A stretch of DNA of 64,000 nucleotides. It comes from Gaiellales bacterium (GTDB lineage Bacteria > Actinomycetota > Thermoleophilia > Gaiellales > JAICJC01). Under the pieces are notes generated by a model. That model was not told the origin of the DNA and searched no databases. It was given only the letters and a program-made list of their open reading frames with translations. Shown here one piece after another: positions 45,153 through 54,999 of this stretch (its first letter is position 1; each line of letters begins with the position of its first letter). The DNA lies in assembly GCA_036273515.1 (NCBI GenBank), contig DASUHM010000049.1:963-64962 (forward strand). Direction: 5' to 3'. The position numbers and the translations under genes were made by a program.

Positions 45153-46256
45153 ATGAGAGATCCGAGTGGCAACTATCTGGCGGTCATCAAAGTCGTCGGC
45201 GTGGGCGGTGGCGGCACCAACGCCGTGAACCGCATGGTGGACGCCGGGCTGCGCGGCGTGGAGTTCATCGCCGTCAACACCGACGCCCAGGCGCTGCTCA
45301 TGTGCGACGCCGACGTGAAGATCCACATCGGCTCGAAGATCACGCGCGGCCTCGGTGCCGGCGCGGATCCGACGATCGGTCTCGAGGCTGCGACCGAGAG
45401 CCGCGACGAGCTGAAGGAGGCGCTGAAGGGCGCCGACATGGTCTTCGTCACGGCCGGTAAGGGCGGCGGCACCGGCACCGGTGCGGCGCCCGTGATCGCC
45501 GAGATCGCCCGCGAGCTGGGAGCGCTCACGGTCGGCGTCGTCACCCGCCCGTTCGGGTTCGAGGGACGCAAGCGCGCCGACCAGGCCGAGGGCGGCATCC
45601 GCCAGCTGCGCGACAAGGTCGACACGCTCATCATCATCCCCAACGATCGCCTCCTCCAGGTGGTCGAGAAGCGCACCTCGATCGTCGACGCGTTCCGGAT
45701 CGCCGACGACGTCCTGCGCCAGGGCGTCCAGGGCATCACCGACCTGATCACGGTCCCCGGCCTGATCAACCTCGACTTCGCCGACGTGCGCACGATCATG
45801 CGCCAGGCCGGGTCGGCGCTGATGGGCATCGGCGTGGCCGGCGGCGAGAACCGCGCCGCCGAGGCCGCCAAGGCGGCGATCTCCTCGCCGCTGCTCGAGG
45901 CCTCCGTCGAGGGCGCCACCGGCATCCTCCTGAACATCACCGGCGGGTCCGACATGGGCCTCTTCGAGGTGAACGAGGCGGCCGAGATCATCGGCAGCGC
46001 CGCCGACAGCGACGCGAACATCATCTTCGGCGCGGTCATCGACGAGCAGCTGGGCGACCAGGTGCGGGTGACGGTCATCGCCACGGGCTTCGACCGGAAC
46101 AGCCCCGACCGGCCCGCGGCGGCGTTCGCCGCCGGCGGCCGCCGCGAGCAGCAGCAGCCGCGCCGGCCCGAGCCTCCGGCCGACACGCGCGACACCGGGC
46201 AGTTCCAGATGCCGCCCGACGCGCTCGAGATCCCGTCGTTCCTGCGGGACGAGTAG
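45153..46256 (+). CDS. ftsZ: Cell division GTPase FtsZ
   Basis: Tubulin signature [29 protein letters not shown]-terminal LEIPSFLR peptide. Confidence 0.95.
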   Translation: MRDPSGNYLAVIKVVGVGGGGTNAVNRMVDAGLRGVEFIAVNTDAQALLMCDADVKIHIGSKITRGLGAGADPTIGLEAATESRDELKEALKGADMVFVTAGKGGGTGTGAAPVIAEIARELGALTVGVVTRPFGFEGRKRADQAEGGIRQLRDKVDTLIIIPNDRLLQVVEKRTSIVDAFRIADDVLRQGVQGITDLITVPGLINLDFADVRTIMRQAGSALMGIGVAGGENRAAEAAKAAISSPLLEASVEGATGILLNITGGSDMGLFEVNEAAEIIGSAADSDANIIFGAVIDEQLGDQVRVTVIATGFDRNSPDRPAAAFAAGGRREQQQPRRPEPPADTRDTGQFQMPPDALEIPSFLRDE

Positions 46257-46271
46257 CGAGAACGCCGCACG

Positions 46272-46304
46272 CGCACCAAAAGGGGTCTGACCCCGGTTGG
46301 TGCG
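46272..46304. terminator. Bidirectional hairpin after ftsZ built around GGGGTCTGACCCC
   Basis: CGCACCAAAAGGGG-TCTGA-CCCCGGTTGGTGCG. The 14-position arms form 12 Watson-Crick pairs. Lies between convergent genes. Confidence 0.6.
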
Positions 46305-46305
46305 G

Positions 46306-46437
46306 CTAGCCGCGCGGCGGCTCGGACGTCGTCCGGCCGACGACGTGCGCGAAGAGCATCGCGGCGCCCAGCACGCCGCCGATCAGGAGCAGCAGGACGA
46401 GCACGATCGTCCACCCGATGCTGCGTCCGCCGTCCAC
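46306..46437 (-). CDS. Possible 43-aa single-pass membrane peptide
   Basis: A GTG start gives MDGGRSIGWTIVLVLLLLIGGVLGAAMLFAHVV.... Lies immediately downstream of the 46455-46880 gene. Confidence 0.3.
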   Translation of the reverse strand: MDGGRSIGWTIVLVLLLLIGGVLGAAMLFAHVVGRTTSEPPRG

Positions 46438-46454
46438 GCGGCGATGCAAGCGAA

Positions 46455-46880
46455 TCAGGCGGGGACGGTCTGCGCCGTGACGCTGCGCGTCGTCAGCGGC
46501 CGGCCCGGGGCGTCGACCGACGGGTGCGGCAGGAGCGACCGGCCCAGGTCGCGGATCACCGGGAGGCGGATGCTGCCCTCCGCGTAGGCCTCGCGCAGGA
46601 TGCGCCCGGCCCTCGGCGTGCCCGGCGGCGTGTAGAGGCTCGCGTCGATCAGCTCGATCCACGTCGCGACCCACTCGCGCTCGGCGATCACGGACGGCAG
46701 CCCGCGAACCTGCTGGCGCGCGCGCTTGATCCGGTTCGTGTCCTGGCGCCGTCGCGTGTACTTGTTTCCGGAGATGATGACGTGGCGCGCGTCCGCTGCC
46801 ACATCGTCGCGCTCATCGTGCCCGTCACCGTCGTCAGGGAAGATCTCGCTGAACGACGGAGAATCCGTGTATGCGCTCAT
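46455..46880 (-). CDS. Hypothetical protein
   Basis: 141 aa with protein-like composition (acidic N-terminus, basic KYTRRRQDTNRIKRARQQ patch). No recognised domain. Confidence 0.5.
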   Translation of the reverse strand: MSAYTDSPSFSEIFPDDGDGHDERDDVAADARHVIISGNKYTRRRQDTNRIKRARQQVRGLPSVIAEREWVATWIELIDASLYTPPGTPRAGRILREAYAEGSIRLPVIRDLGRSLLPHPSVDAPGRPLTTRSVTAQTVPA

Positions 46881-47313
46881 GGTGTGCCGATCCTTCGTGT
46901 CGAATCACGCCCGCAGCTGCCCGTGGCCCCACCGCACCGGTGCGTTTGCACCGGCGGACTCCCGGCGGGACTTGACGTTCTCCAAAGTATTGCACGCATC
47001 CTGCAGACCCCCTCGAATTTCCCCTGCTTCTTCACCAGATCCGAACAGTTGGCACACGATGCAAGGTGGTCAGAGCGGGTCGCCGGCGGGTTCCGCACGG
47101 GACGGGTGGGGTAGGGTGAACCCATGGCCCTGGAACGGGACGAGGTACGCCGCGAACGCCTGCTGAAGAGCGGGTGCTCGACACACATGACAGGTTCTGG
47201 GTGGTCGAAAAGGAGGATCTCGGCGCCGGCATCTGAGCCGGGGACGGCCGCCCGCGGCGGCGTGCACCATGCACCGTTTCGCGGCCGCGTAACCCGATAG
47301 ACTGCGCGCCCGG

Positions 47314-48381
47314 ATGCACGCGTCCGAGGGTCTCCGGCACACGCCGCTCCGCGACCGCCATGTGGCAGCGGGGGCGCGGATGGTTCCCTTCGCCGGGTGG
47401 GAGATGCCCGTCCAGTACCGGGGCGTCATCCCGGAGCACCAGGCCGTCCGCACCCATGCCGGCGTCTTCGACGTCTCGCACATGGGCCAGCTCGAGGTGC
47501 GCGGAGCGGGCGCGATCCCGTTCGTGCAGCGGATGCTCTCGAACGACATCGACCGGATCGAGGCCGGCAAGGCGCAGTACACGCTGCTCCTCGACGACCA
47601 CGGCTGCCCGATCGACGACCTGATCGCCTACCGCTTCGCCGACGACCACGTCCTGCTCGTCGTGAACGCCTCGCGGGTGGACGCCGATCGCGACTGGCTG
47701 GCCGCGCGCGTGCCGGACGACGCCGAGCTCGAGGACCTCTCGGAGGGGATCGCGATGCTCGCCCTGCAGGGGCCGGCCGCTCTCGGCCTGGTCGAGCTGC
47801 CGGAGCTGCCGCCGTTCGGGTTCGTCGACGCCGAGGTCTGCGGCGTTCGCGCGATCGTGGCCCGTACCGGCTACACCGGCGAGCCGGGCGTCGAGCTGAT
47901 GGCCGCCGCCGAGAAGGTCGGGCCGCTGTGGGACGCGATCGTCGCCGCCGGCGCCACGCCGGCCGGCCTGGGCGCGCGCGACACCCTCCGACTCGAGGTC
48001 TGCTATCCGCTCTACGGCAACGACCTGGACGACACCCATACCGCCCTGGAGGCGGGCCTCGGCTGGGTGTGCGCCCTCGATCGCAAGGACTTCGTCGGTG
48101 CCGACGCCCTGCGCGGGCAGAAGGAGGCCGGCGGCTACGACCGGCTCGTGGCGCTGCGGGTCGAGGGGCGCGGCATCCCCCGCCAGGGCATGCCCCTGCG
48201 GCCCGCCGGCAAGGTCACGAGCGGCACCATGTCGCCGTCGCTCGGGATCGGCATCGGCATGGGCTACGTCCCGGCCGAGCTGGCCGCGGAGGGCACGGAG
48301 ATCGAGATCGACGCCCGCGGCCGGCCTGTCGCCGCCCGCGTGGCCCCAAAGCCCCTGTACGTCAAGGAGACGCGCGAATGA
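47314..48381 (+). CDS. gcvT: Glycine cleavage system aminomethyltransferase (T protein)
   Basis: GWEMPVQY, HAGVFDVSHMG, RTGYTGEPG motifs. Confidence 0.9.
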   Translation: MHASEGLRHTPLRDRHVAAGARMVPFAGWEMPVQYRGVIPEHQAVRTHAGVFDVSHMGQLEVRGAGAIPFVQRMLSNDIDRIEAGKAQYTLLLDDHGCPIDDLIAYRFADDHVLLVVNASRVDADRDWLAARVPDDAELEDLSEGIAMLALQGPAALGLVELPELPPFGFVDAEVCGVRAIVARTGYTGEPGVELMAAAEKVGPLWDAIVAAGATPAGLGARDTLRLEVCYPLYGNDLDDTHTALEAGLGWVCALDRKDFVGADALRGQKEAGGYDRLVALRVEGRGIPRQGMPLRPAGKVTSGTMSPSLGIGIGMGYVPAELAAEGTEIEIDARGRPVAARVAPKPLYVKETRE

Positions 48382-48770
48382 GCGACGAGAGCTACCCCGA
48401 GGAGCTGCACTACCACGAGGCCCACGACTGGGTGAGGGTCGACGGTGACACCGCCACGTTCGGCATCACCTGGTACGCCCAGGACACCCTCGGCGAGGTC
48501 GTGTTCTACAGCCCGCCCGACGTGGGCGCGACCGTGTCGAAGGACGGCGACTACGGCGAGCTCGAGTCGACCAAGGCCGTGTCGGCGCTGGTGGCGCCGC
48601 TGTCCGGCGAGGTGGTCGAGGTGAACGGCACGCTGGAGGGGAACGAGAGCACCGTGAACGACGACCCCTACGGCGAGGGCTGGCTGGTGAAGGTGCGCAT
48701 GAGCGATCCCGGCGAGCTCGACGGGCTGATGAGCGCCGGCGCGTACCGCGAGCTGCTCGAGTCGCTGTGA
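48378..48770 (+). CDS. gcvH: Glycine cleavage system H protein
   Basis: ATGA overlap. HDWVRVDGDTATFGIT and lipoyl-lysine context ELESTKAVS. Confidence 0.9.
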   Translation: MSDESYPEELHYHEAHDWVRVDGDTATFGITWYAQDTLGEVVFYSPPDVGATVSKDGDYGELESTKAVSALVAPLSGEVVEVNGTLEGNESTVNDDPYGEGWLVKVRMSDPGELDGLMSAGAYRELLESL

Positions 48771-50104
48771 GCTTCACCTCGCTGACCGACGAGGACCGCG
48801 CGGCGATGCTGGCCGCGATCGGCGTCGAGTCGGTCGCAGACCTCTTCGCCGAGATCCCGGCCGCCGTCCGCCTCGACCGGCCGCTGCGGGTCGACCGGGC
48901 GCTGACCGAGGGCGAGCTGTGGGCGCATCTGTGCGAGCTGGCCGGACGCAACTCGGGCACGGGCAGCGAGCTCTCGTTCCTCGGCGCCGGGGTGTACGAC
49001 CACTACGTGCCGGCCGTCGTCGACGCGGTCATGCAGCGCGGCGAGCTGCTCACGGCCTACACGCCGTACCAGCCGGAGATGAGCCAGGGCACGCTGCAGG
49101 CGATCTTCGAGTATCAGACCGCGATCTGCGAGCTGACCGGGATGGACGTGTCGAACGCCTCCGGCTACGACGGGACGACCGTCGCCGCCGACGCCTGCTA
49201 CGTCGCCAAGCAGACGACCGGCCGGACGAAGGTCGTCGTCGCCCAGACGCTCAACCCGCAGGTGCGCCAGGTGGTGCGCACGTTCGCGCCCGGCTTCGGG
49301 ATGGAGGTCGTCGAGGTGCCGCACACCGGCGGGACCACCGATCCCGACCGCTTCGGCGCCGCCTGCGCCGACGCCGCCTGCGCGATCTTCCCGCAGCCGA
49401 ACTTCTTCGGCTGCCTCGAGCCGGCGCCGGAGCTGGCCGCCGCCGCGTCTGCCGCGGGCGCGCTCGCGATCGCGCACGTCGACCTGATGACGCTCGGCGT
49501 GCTCGAGGCGCCCGGCGCATACGGCTGTGCGCTCGCCATCGGCGAGGGCCAGTCGGCCGGGAACCACATGTCCTACGGCGGCCCGCACTTCGGCTTCCTC
49601 GCGGCCCGGTCGGACTACATCCGCAAGCTGCCGGGCAGGATCGTCGGCGAGACGCATGACCACGACGGCCGCCGCGGGTTCGTGCTCACGCTGCAGACGC
49701 GCGAGCAGCACATCCGCCGCGAGAAGGCGACGTCGAACATCACCACCAACCAGACGCTGCTGGCGGTGGCGGGCCTGATCTACCTGAGCTGGCTCGGCCC
49801 TCAGGGGCTGGGCGACGTCGGCCGGGCCTGCCTGTCGCTGACCGAGCATGCGAAGCGGCGGCTGGGGCTGCCGCTCGCGTTCGACCGGCCAACGTTCCAG
49901 GAGTTCGCCGTGCGCCTGAGCCGGCCGGCGCGCGACGTGATCCGCGACGCGCGCAAGCTGGGCGTCCACCCCGGCTACGCGCTCGGCCGCGAGTACGAGG
50001 GGATGGACGACGTCCTGCTCGTGTGCCTGACCGAGAAGCGCACGGCGGCCGACATCGACCGGCTTGCCGAGGTCTTACGCCAGGTGCAGGCGGTGGCGGC
50101 ATGA
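48767..50104 (+). CDS. gcvPA: Glycine dehydrogenase (decarboxylating) subunit 1
   Basis: GTGA overlap. [12 protein letters not shown] and [11 protein letters not shown] motifs of the split P protein. Confidence 0.9.
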   Translation: MSFTSLTDEDRAAMLAAIGVESVADLFAEIPAAVRLDRPLRVDRALTEGELWAHLCELAGRNSGTGSELSFLGAGVYDHYVPAVVDAVMQRGELLTAYTPYQPEMSQGTLQAIFEYQTAICELTGMDVSNASGYDGTTVAADACYVAKQTTGRTKVVVAQTLNPQVRQVVRTFAPGFGMEVVEVPHTGGTTDPDRFGAACADAACAIFPQPNFFGCLEPAPELAAAASAAGALAIAHVDLMTLGVLEAPGAYGCALAIGEGQSAGNHMSYGGPHFGFLAARSDYIRKLPGRIVGETHDHDGRRGFVLTLQTREQHIRREKATSNITTNQTLLAVAGLIYLSWLGPQGLGDVGRACLSLTEHAKRRLGLPLAFDRPTFQEFAVRLSRPARDVIRDARKLGVHPGYALGREYEGMDDVLLVCLTEKRTAADIDRLAEVLRQVQAVAA

Positions 50105-51558
50105 AGCTCATCTACGAGAAGTCGCGCGCGGGCCGGCGGGCGGGCCGCATCCCCGATCCGGGCGTCCAGGTCGCCGAGGTGCCGGCGGAGCTGGCGCGCA
50201 CCACCCCGCCGCGGTTGCCGGAGCTGGCCGAGCCTGAGCTCGTGCGCCACTACACCGAGCTCTCGACGCGGACGTTCGGGATCGACACGGGCTTCTACCC
50301 GCTCGGCTCCTGCACGATGAAGTACAACCCGCGCATCAACGAGCGTGCGGTCGGCCTGCCCGGCTTCGCCGACCTGCACCCCCACCAGGAGGACGAGGGC
50401 GCCCAGGGCGCGCTCGAGCTGATGTGGCGGCTGCAGGAGATGCTGGCCGAGGTGGTCGGCCTCGATGCGGTCACGCTCCAGCCGGCAGCCGGGTCGCAGG
50501 GCGAGCTGACCGGCCTCACGCTCATGCGGGCCCACTTCGCGGACCGCGGCGAGGACCGCACGGAGGTGATCATCCCCGACACCGCCCACGGCACCAACCC
50601 GGCCAGCGTCGCGATGGCGGGCTACACGCTCGTGCGCGTGAAGACCGACGTGCGCGGCAACGTCGACGTCGACGACCTGCGCGGCAAGGTGGGGGAGCAC
50701 ACGGCGGGGCTCATGCTGACCAACCCGTCGACGCTCGGCCTGTTCGAGGAGCGGATCTCCGAGATCGCCGACATCTTCCACTCGGCCGGCGCGCTCCTCT
50801 ACTACGACGGCGCCAACCTGAACGCCGTGTGCGGCATCTCCCGGCCGGGCGACATGGGCTTCGACATCGTCCACTACAACCTGCACAAGACGTTCTCGCA
50901 GCCGCACGGCGGCGGCGGGCCGGGCGGCGGGCCGGTGGCAGTGCGGCGCGACCTCGAGCAGTTCCTGCCGGTGCCGGTGGTCGTCCGCGACGGCGACACT
51001 TTCCGGCTCGAGAGCGACCGGCCGAAGACGATCGGCAAGGTGCGCGGGTTCGGCGGGCCGTTCGGCGTCTTCGTGCGCGCCTACGCGTTCATGCGCATGT
51101 GGGGGCCGGGCCTGCGCGACATGTCCGAGGTGGCCGTCCTGAACGCGAACTACGTGCTGGCGCGGCTGAAGGGCGCATACGACCTGCCCGTCGACCGCCA
51201 CTGCATGCACGAGTTCGTCGTCTCGGCCCGCACCCTCAAACGCGAGCACGGGATCACGGCGCTCGACGTCGCCAAGCGGCTGATGGACCACGGGTTCCAC
51301 CCGCCCACGATCTACTTCCCCCTGATCGTGTCCGAGGCGCTCATGATCGAGCCGACCGAGACGGAGACGCGCGAGACGCTCGACGCGTTCTGCGAGGCGA
51401 TGCTCGCGATCGCGCAGGAGGCCGGCGACGATCCGCAGATGCTGAAGGACGCGCCGCACACGCGGCCGGTGACCCGGCTCGACGAGGCCGAGGCGGCCAA
51501 GCGCCTGCTCGTACGCTACGGGTTCGACGAGCACCCGACGTCCGGGCTAGATGAATGA
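50101..51558 (+). CDS. gcvPB: Glycine dehydrogenase (decarboxylating) subunit 2
   Basis: ATGA overlap. [11 protein letters not shown], and the PLP-lysine context [16 protein letters not shown]. The last codons and stop lie inside the repeat at 51550. Confidence 0.9.
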   Translation: MKLIYEKSRAGRRAGRIPDPGVQVAEVPAELARTTPPRLPELAEPELVRHYTELSTRTFGIDTGFYPLGSCTMKYNPRINERAVGLPGFADLHPHQEDEGAQGALELMWRLQEMLAEVVGLDAVTLQPAAGSQGELTGLTLMRAHFADRGEDRTEVIIPDTAHGTNPASVAMAGYTLVRVKTDVRGNVDVDDLRGKVGEHTAGLMLTNPSTLGLFEERISEIADIFHSAGALLYYDGANLNAVCGISRPGDMGFDIVHYNLHKTFSQPHGGGGPGGGPVAVRRDLEQFLPVPVVVRDGDTFRLESDRPKTIGKVRGFGGPFGVFVRAYAFMRMWGPGLRDMSEVAVLNANYVLARLKGAYDLPVDRHCMHEFVVSARTLKREHGITALDVAKRLMDHGFHPPTIYFPLIVSEALMIEPTETETRETLDAFCEAMLAIAQEAGDDPQMLKDAPHTRPVTRLDEAEAAKRLLVRYGFDEHPTSGLDE

Positions 51559-51748
51559 TCCCACACCTCTGCGCACCTGGGCGCCCGGCTGTGAGGGGTG
51601 TTCGGCGTGCTGGTGGGGCTGCGGCTGCGAACCGTCGCATCGCTGTGTCCTCGGTCGCGCCCATACAACCAGGTATGAGCGCTCCCTGCGTCCTCGCGCT
51701 GCCCGGTTCGCAGCCGCCCAGGACACACCGGGCGTGGAATCAGTCATC
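51550..51748 (+). mobile_element. 199-bp MITE-like element filling the gcvPB-HAD intergenic gap
   Basis: Terminal inverted repeats GATGAATGATCCCAC (51550-51564) and GTGGAATCAGTCATC (51734-51748), 13 of 15 complementary. Flanked by TA on both sides. Collinear similarity to 56915-57112. Confidence 0.6.
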
Positions 51749-51751
51749 TAG

Positions 51752-52477
51752 GTGCTGCGCGCCGCCGCGTTCGACTACCGCGACACGCTCGCGGAATTCC
51801 GCTGGGACGAACGCCTGTGGCGCCGCGGCGTCGAGGCGCTGGTCGTTGCGGCCGGCGGCGATGCGCGTGCGGCCGGCCGCGTCGGGGAGGGGCTGCGGCG
51901 CCGCTTCGCCCGCACGGACGGCGACCCGGTCGAGCTCGACTATCCCGCCGCGGTGGCGGCGGCGCTGCGCGACTTCGGGATCGACGCGGCGCCCGCCGCC
52001 GTGCGCCGCGGGATCGAGGCGGAGTACCGCATCTGGGCGCCGGCCCGGCACGTGCATCCGGACACGCCGGCCCTGCTCGACGGCGTGCGCGCGCTCGGCC
52101 TGCGATCGGCCGTCGCGGCGAACGCCTTCGACCCGCCCGGGCTCTTCCGCGCCGACCTCGCAGCGCAGGGGATCGGGGGCCGCGTCGACGCCGTCGTGCT
52201 CTCCTGCGAGGTGGGCGTGCGCAAGCCGGATCCGCGCTTCTTCGCGGCTGTCTCGAACGCGCTTGGCGTCGACCCGGGCGAGGCCGTGTTCGTGGGCGAC
52301 AGCGTGCGCGACGACGTGCTCGGGGCCGCCGCCGTGGGCATGCGGACCTGCCTCGCGACCTGGTACCGGCAGGATCCGGAAGCCGCGGGAAGGGGTGTGA
52401 CGACGGGCACAGAACCCCTGCAAGTGGTGGAGATTCTCGAGGGGATTGTCGAATCCGGACGGGCCGGTAAGATCTGA
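51752..52477 (+). CDS. HAD-superfamily hydrolase
   Basis: FDYRDTL (motif I region), S/T motif II, C-terminal K...GDS..DD motif (VFVGDSVRDDVLGA). Confidence 0.7.
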   Translation: MLRAAAFDYRDTLAEFRWDERLWRRGVEALVVAAGGDARAAGRVGEGLRRRFARTDGDPVELDYPAAVAAALRDFGIDAAPAAVRRGIEAEYRIWAPARHVHPDTPALLDGVRALGLRSAVAANAFDPPGLFRADLAAQGIGGRVDAVVLSCEVGVRKPDPRFFAAVSNALGVDPGEAVFVGDSVRDDVLGAAAVGMRTCLATWYRQDPEAAGRGVTTGTEPLQVVEILEGIVESGRAGKI

Positions 52478-52479
52478 CG

Positions 52480-52875
52480 ATGGGCCGTATCCGTCAGTCG
52501 CTGCCCGTCGCTCCGCCCGCGTCAGATGTGGAGTGCCGGCGCTGCGGGGTCGTGTGCCAGAAGGTCGTGCACCCGTCCCGCTGCCTCGAACAGCAGTGCC
52601 CCTTCCTCTACGCCTACGACGCCTTCGGGCGCACGTACGTCGGCTGCACGCAGGAGATCTTCGCCGCCGACATCGACCTCGAGGTGCTCGAGCGGGCGCG
52701 CCGCCGCCGCAACGGCTTCGGGTCGGTGCGGGCGGTGCGCGAGCCGCTGCCGATCTGCCCGGCCGACGTCGAGCGGGCCTACGAGAACCGCGAGGACCCG
52801 ATGGGCTGCATCAACCCCGAGTTCCACGAGCTGCCCGACCGGCCCAGCTTCCGCGTCATCCGCGGCGACGACTGA
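52480..52875 (+). CDS. Cysteine-rich hypothetical protein
   Basis: 131 aa. N-terminal cysteine cluster CRRCGVVCQKVVHPSRCLEQQCPF. No recognised family. Confidence 0.5.
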   Translation: MGRIRQSLPVAPPASDVECRRCGVVCQKVVHPSRCLEQQCPFLYAYDAFGRTYVGCTQEIFAADIDLEVLERARRRRNGFGSVRAVREPLPICPADVERAYENREDPMGCINPEFHELPDRPSFRVIRGDD

Positions 52876-52907
52876 CGGCGGCGTGAATATCCGGTGCCTG
52901 CCACCGG

Positions 52908-53630
52908 CTATTCATGGAACGCGAGGGTGCCGACGTCCACCGCGGTCATGCCGCCGTCCACGGTGAGCACGGCGCCCGAGACGTAGGACGCCTCGTCCGA
53001 GGCCAGGAAGAGCGCGGCGGCCGCGACCTCGTCCGGCTGCGCCGGCCGGCCCAGCGGGACGTGCCGGGTGACCTCGCGGTAGGCGGCCTCGGTGTCCGCG
53101 CCGAGCGCCGACATCTCCAGGTCCGCCATCGGCGTGCGCACCCAGCCGGGGCAGATCGCGTTGGCGCGCACGCCGCGTGGCCCGAGCGTCACCGCGAGCG
53201 ACTTCGTCAGCATCACCAGCGCCGCCTTCGAGACGGCGTACTGGGGCGCTCCGGGTCCCGCCACGAGCGCGGCCACCGAGGAGACGTTCACGATCGCGCC
53301 CCGGCGCGCGGCCAGCCCGTCGGCCGCCGCATCCGCCAGGCGATGGGCCGCGGTCAGGTTGACGGCGATGGTCGCGTCCCAGTCCGCGTCGCCCAGGCCG
53401 GCGTTGTTCACGAGCACGTCGAGCGGCCCGGTCTGCTCCAGCGCGCGGCGGCGGTCGTCCGCGTCGGCGATGTCGCCCGCGATCGGCTGCCCGCCGCTCG
53501 CCTCGAGCGCCTCCCGCCGGCGGCCCATCGCCCACACGGTCGCGCCCTCCGCGGCGAAGCGGCGCACGATGGCGGCGCCGATCCCGGTGCCGCCCCCGGT
53601 CACGAGCGCGGTGCGGCCCTCAAGCCGCAC
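52908..53630 (-). CDS. Short-chain dehydrogenase/reductase (SDR)
   Basis: TGGGTGIG cofactor motif, NNAG, catalytic YAVSK. Confidence 0.85.
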   Translation of the reverse strand: MRLEGRTALVTGGGTGIGAAIVRRFAAEGATVWAMGRRREALEASGGQPIAGDIADADDRRRALEQTGPLDVLVNNAGLGDADWDATIAVNLTAAHRLADAAADGLAARRGAIVNVSSVAALVAGPGAPQYAVSKAALVMLTKSLAVTLGPRGVRANAICPGWVRTPMADLEMSALGADTEAAYREVTRHVPLGRPAQPDEVAAAALFLASDEASYVSGAVLTVDGGMTAVDVGTLAFHE

Positions 53631-54072
53631 GGGTGGCCTCCGCGCGGTCGTCGGCGTCTGCGGGCGGGCGGCGCATCCGCTTGCGGGCGGCGTCGCGACG
53701 CTTGCGCTCGAGCCGCTCCTCCGTCGAGGCCCTCGTCGGCTTGCTGGGCCGGCGCGGCGGCGGCGGTGGGGCGAGCGCGTCGCGCATGAGCGCGCAGAAG
53801 CGCTCGGTGGCGAGGCGGCGGTTGCGATGCTGGCTGCGCTCGTCCTGGGCGACGACGCGCAGCCGGCCTTCGGCGTCGAGCCGCGAGCGCAGCCGCCGCC
53901 GGGCCAGCCCGCGCTCCGCCTCGGTCAGCGTGGGGCTCCCGGCGAGGTCGAACACGAGCTCGACCCGCGTCGACGACGTGTTCACGTGCTGGCCGCCGGG
54001 CCCGCCGCTGCGGGTGGCCCGGAATTCGAGCTCGGAGGTCGGGAGCGGCCGGGAGGCGCCGATGTCAAGCAC
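53620..54072 (-). CDS. arfB: Alternative ribosome-rescue factor ArfB (GGQ peptidyl-tRNA hydrolase)
   Basis: SGGPGGQHVNT GGQ motif, about 150 aa, basic C-terminal tail. Confidence 0.8.
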   Translation of the reverse strand: MLDIGASRPLPTSELEFRATRSGGPGGQHVNTSSTRVELVFDLAGSPTLTEAERGLARRRLRSRLDAEGRLRVVAQDERSQHRNRRLATERFCALMRDALAPPPPPRRPSKPTRASTEERLERKRRDAARKRMRRPPADADDRAEATRAA

Positions 54073-54946
54073 CGGTCCGCTCGGCTGCGCGCTTCACCCC
54101 GGCGCGGTGGAAGCGGCGCAGCGCCCGGATGCTGCGCGCGTACGGCTGCTCCTCGTCGTCGCCCGGAGTCTCCATGATCGCCGGGATCTCCTGCAGCGCC
54201 GGATGGCCGAGGATCACCGCCAGCTCGCGGCCGATCACGCCCTTGCCGACCTCGGCGTGACGGTCGCGCTGGGAGCCGAGGTCGACGGCGGCGTCGTTCA
54301 CGTGCAGGCAGGTGAGCCGGTCGAGGCCGAACCGCTCGTCCACCTCGGCCATGAGCGCGTCGACCCGGCCCGGGTCGGTGACGTCGACGCCGGACGCCCA
54401 CAGGTGGCAGGTGTCCAGGCACACCGCGACGCGCTCGGGGCGGCCGATGGCGTCCATGACCTGCTCGATCTCGTCCAGGCCGACGCCCATCGTCCCGCCC
54501 GCGCCGGCAGAGTTCTCGATGACGAGCCGGGTCGGCGAGTCAGGGTCGGCGTCAGCCAGCACCTCGGTGAGCGCCTCGGCCACCTGCGGCATGACGGCGT
54601 CGAGGCCGCGGCCGAGATGGCTGCCGAGGTGGAAGACGACCCCGTTGGCCCCGATCGCCTGCGCCGCCCGCATCGTGTTGTGGAGCGCTCCGACCGACTT
54701 CTCGTAGAGCTCGGGGTCGGACGCTCCCAGGTTGATCAGGTAGGTGGCATGGCAGACCACCGTCTGCACCTTCGCCGTCTTGCGCGCGGCCCGGAACCGC
54801 TCGGCCGCGTCGGGCTCGACGACGGGATGCCGCCACATGCGCGGGCTCTGCGTGAAGATCTGCAGCGACGTCGCGCCGATCGTGCGGGCGCGGTCGAGCG
54901 CCTTGTACGCGCCGCCGGCGACGCCGAGGTGAGCCCCGTACTGCAT
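54065..54946 (-). CDS. nfo: Deoxyribonuclease IV (endonuclease IV)
   Basis: TIM-barrel AP endonuclease motifs (HATYLINL, VFHLGSH, CLDTCH, HVND). Confidence 0.85.
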   Translation of the reverse strand: MQYGAHLGVAGGAYKALDRARTIGATSLQIFTQSPRMWRHPVVEPDAAERFRAARKTAKVQTVVCHATYLINLGASDPELYEKSVGALHNTMRAAQAIGANGVVFHLGSHLGRGLDAVMPQVAEALTEVLADADPDSPTRLVIENSAGAGGTMGVGLDEIEQVMDAIGRPERVAVCLDTCHLWASGVDVTDPGRVDALMAEVDERFGLDRLTCLHVNDAAVDLGSQRDRHAEVGKGVIGRELAVILGHPALQEIPAIMETPGDDEEQPYARSIRALRRFHRAGVKRAAERTGA

Positions 54947-54999
54947 GGAGCGATCGTAGTCGGCGGGCCTTCCCGGCGCGGCTGTGAGACACCCGTTAC

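Noticed and set aside
51555-52400. 281-aa ORF starting inside the repeat element and running out of frame over the HAD gene.
   Set aside because: It starts in non-coding repeat sequence and has an Arg/Ala/Pro-rich translation. The HAD frame has proper hydrolase motifs.
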